Assembly (NCBI RefSeq): GCF_000016745.1
Contig: NC_009483.1
Location: 1,500,001 to 1,532,000 of the forward strand
Origin: Geotalea uraniireducens Rf4
Lineage (GTDB): Bacteria > Desulfobacterota > Desulfuromonadia > Geobacterales > Geobacteraceae
Direction: 5' to 3'
DNA length: 32,000 bases
The position numbers and the translations under genes are program-made. Shown in pieces: positions 31,060 to 32,000 of this stretch. Every line of letters starts with the position of its first letter. Within the stretch, counting starts at the first letter, position 1. The notes below the pieces were generated by a model. It ran no database searches and was not told the DNA's origin. It worked only from the letters and a program-made list of their open reading frames with translations.

Positions 31060-32000
31060 ATGAAGAAATCGATGTCTTGGTATAGATACGTTTTCAGGGG
31101 AGTCGGGAAAGCAGAGAATGCCGCCAGCCCCGGAACGGGGATGCGGGCACTGATAGTGGTGGGCGGGATAGCGCTCGTCTCGCTTGCCGGCTGTGCCGTG
31201 GGGCCGGACTTTGTCCGTCCCGCGCCTCCCACGGTCGAACAATACACCCACGGGACAGCGCCGACCACGACCATACCTGCCGACGGCCAGACGCAGCACT
31301 TTGCCAAGGGGGCCAGGATCGCCGCAGACTGGTGGCGCCTGTTCAACTCCGCGAAGATCAACGCCGTGGTGCAGGAGGTCATCGCCAACAACCCGAGTCT
31401 CCAGGCGGCGCAAGCGAGCCTGCGCCAGAGTCAGGACAACCTCCGTGCCGGTTACGGTGTATTCTTTCCCCAAGTCGATGCCTCGTTCGATGCCGCGCGG
31501 CAGAAGTTCTCCCCGGCCCGTTTCGGCGGGAGCAATCCCAGCATCTTCAACCTGTTCACCCTTCAGGCCTCGGTCAGCTATGCCCTCGACGTCTTCGGCG
31601 GCGAGCGCCGTGCGGTTGAGGGGTTGCAAGCCCAGGTAGATGTGCAGCGCGCCGCCGTCCTTGGCACCTACCTCACGCTATCGGGCAACGTCGTCAACAC
31701 CTTGATCGCCCAGGCGGCCTACCGCGAAGAGATCAGGGCCACCGAGCAACTCATCGACATGCAGCGGGAACAGGTCGCGATCACCGAAGCGCAGACACAG
31801 GCCGGCACGGTGCCGTACGCGAACGTGCTCAGCCTCCGCAGTCAGCTGGCCGCCGTCGAAGCGACGCTGCCACCGCTCCGGCAAAAGCTCGACCAAGCCG
31901 GGCATCTACTCGCCACCCTGGCTGGCCGTGCACCGGCGCAGTGGGCACCTCCGCAGCTTGAGCTGGCCGACCTCACGCTCCCCCGTGACCTGCCGGTGAC
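31060..32000 (+). CDS. Outer-membrane efflux lipoprotein, NodT/OprM family (3' end outside the window)
   Basis: Frame 1 is open to the window end and is not in the ORF track because it has no stop. Lipobox LVSLAGC, then GPDFVRP..., WWRLFNS and NNPSLQAAQASLRQSQ. The start may instead be the ATG at 31141 (MRALIVVGG...). Confidence 0.8.
   Translation, partial: MKKSMSWYRYVFRGVGKAENAASPGTGMRALIVVGGIALVSLAGCAVGPDFVRPAPPTVEQYTHGTAPTTTIPADGQTQHFAKGARIAADWWRLFNSAKINAVVQEVIANNPSLQAAQASLRQSQDNLRAGYGVFFPQVDASFDAARQKFSPARFGGSNPSIFNLFTLQASVSYALDVFGGERRAVEGLQAQVDVQRAAVLGTYLTLSGNVVNTLIAQAAYREEIRATEQLIDMQREQVAITEAQTQAGTVPYANVLSLRSQLAAVEATLPPLRQKLDQAGHLLATLAGRAPAQWAPPQLELADLTLPRDLPV

Overview
This is a 32-kb chromosomal window of roughly 55-60% GC (judged by eye). 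Its gene content looks like a Geobacter-type deltaproteobacterium, but that is inference only and no search was run.

Core genes, in order:
- 3' end of a 2-oxoacid dehydrogenase E2 gene, lipB, and a LonC-like protease.
- A minus-strand cluster: isochorismatase-family hydrolase, DsbA-like protein, outer-membrane channel, small glycine-zipper membrane protein, AzoR.
- A GAF/AAA+ sigma-54 activator.
- A minus-strand run of GT2 glycosyltransferase, CheV and a cytoplasmic molybdopterin oxidoreductase.
- A Cache/PAS histidine kinase, a split chromate-transporter pair, a DksA-like protein with an unlisted 51-aa Cys4 ORF, and ppsA.
- A DevC/DevA-type ABC exporter with a HlyD fusion protein, a DUF1622 protein and a NodT-type outer-membrane lipoprotein (runs off the window).

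Two zones are not ordinary.

(1) 7.7-11.7 kb is an AT-richer, recombinase-less insert. It carries a Bro-N/DinD-like gene, an MNT/HEPN pair bracketed by 72-bp direct repeats made from an aminotransferase 3' end, a truncated DarT-like fragment and a Fic gene. The insert is bounded by a decayed duplicate of the sigma-54 activator's upstream region and 5' end. It separates that activator from a near-consensus sigma-54 promoter.

(2) Repeat hubs at 3.7, 21.6-22.0 and 25.2-27.7 kb hold three copies of a ~180-bp palindromic element with CACGAA-repeat arms. One copy carries both a 178-bp MITE (17-bp TIRs, 9-bp target duplication, empty site visible in another copy) and an apparently intact group II intron.

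No rRNA, tRNA or CRISPR array was recognised. All homology calls rest on motifs read by eye; no alignments or database searches were run.
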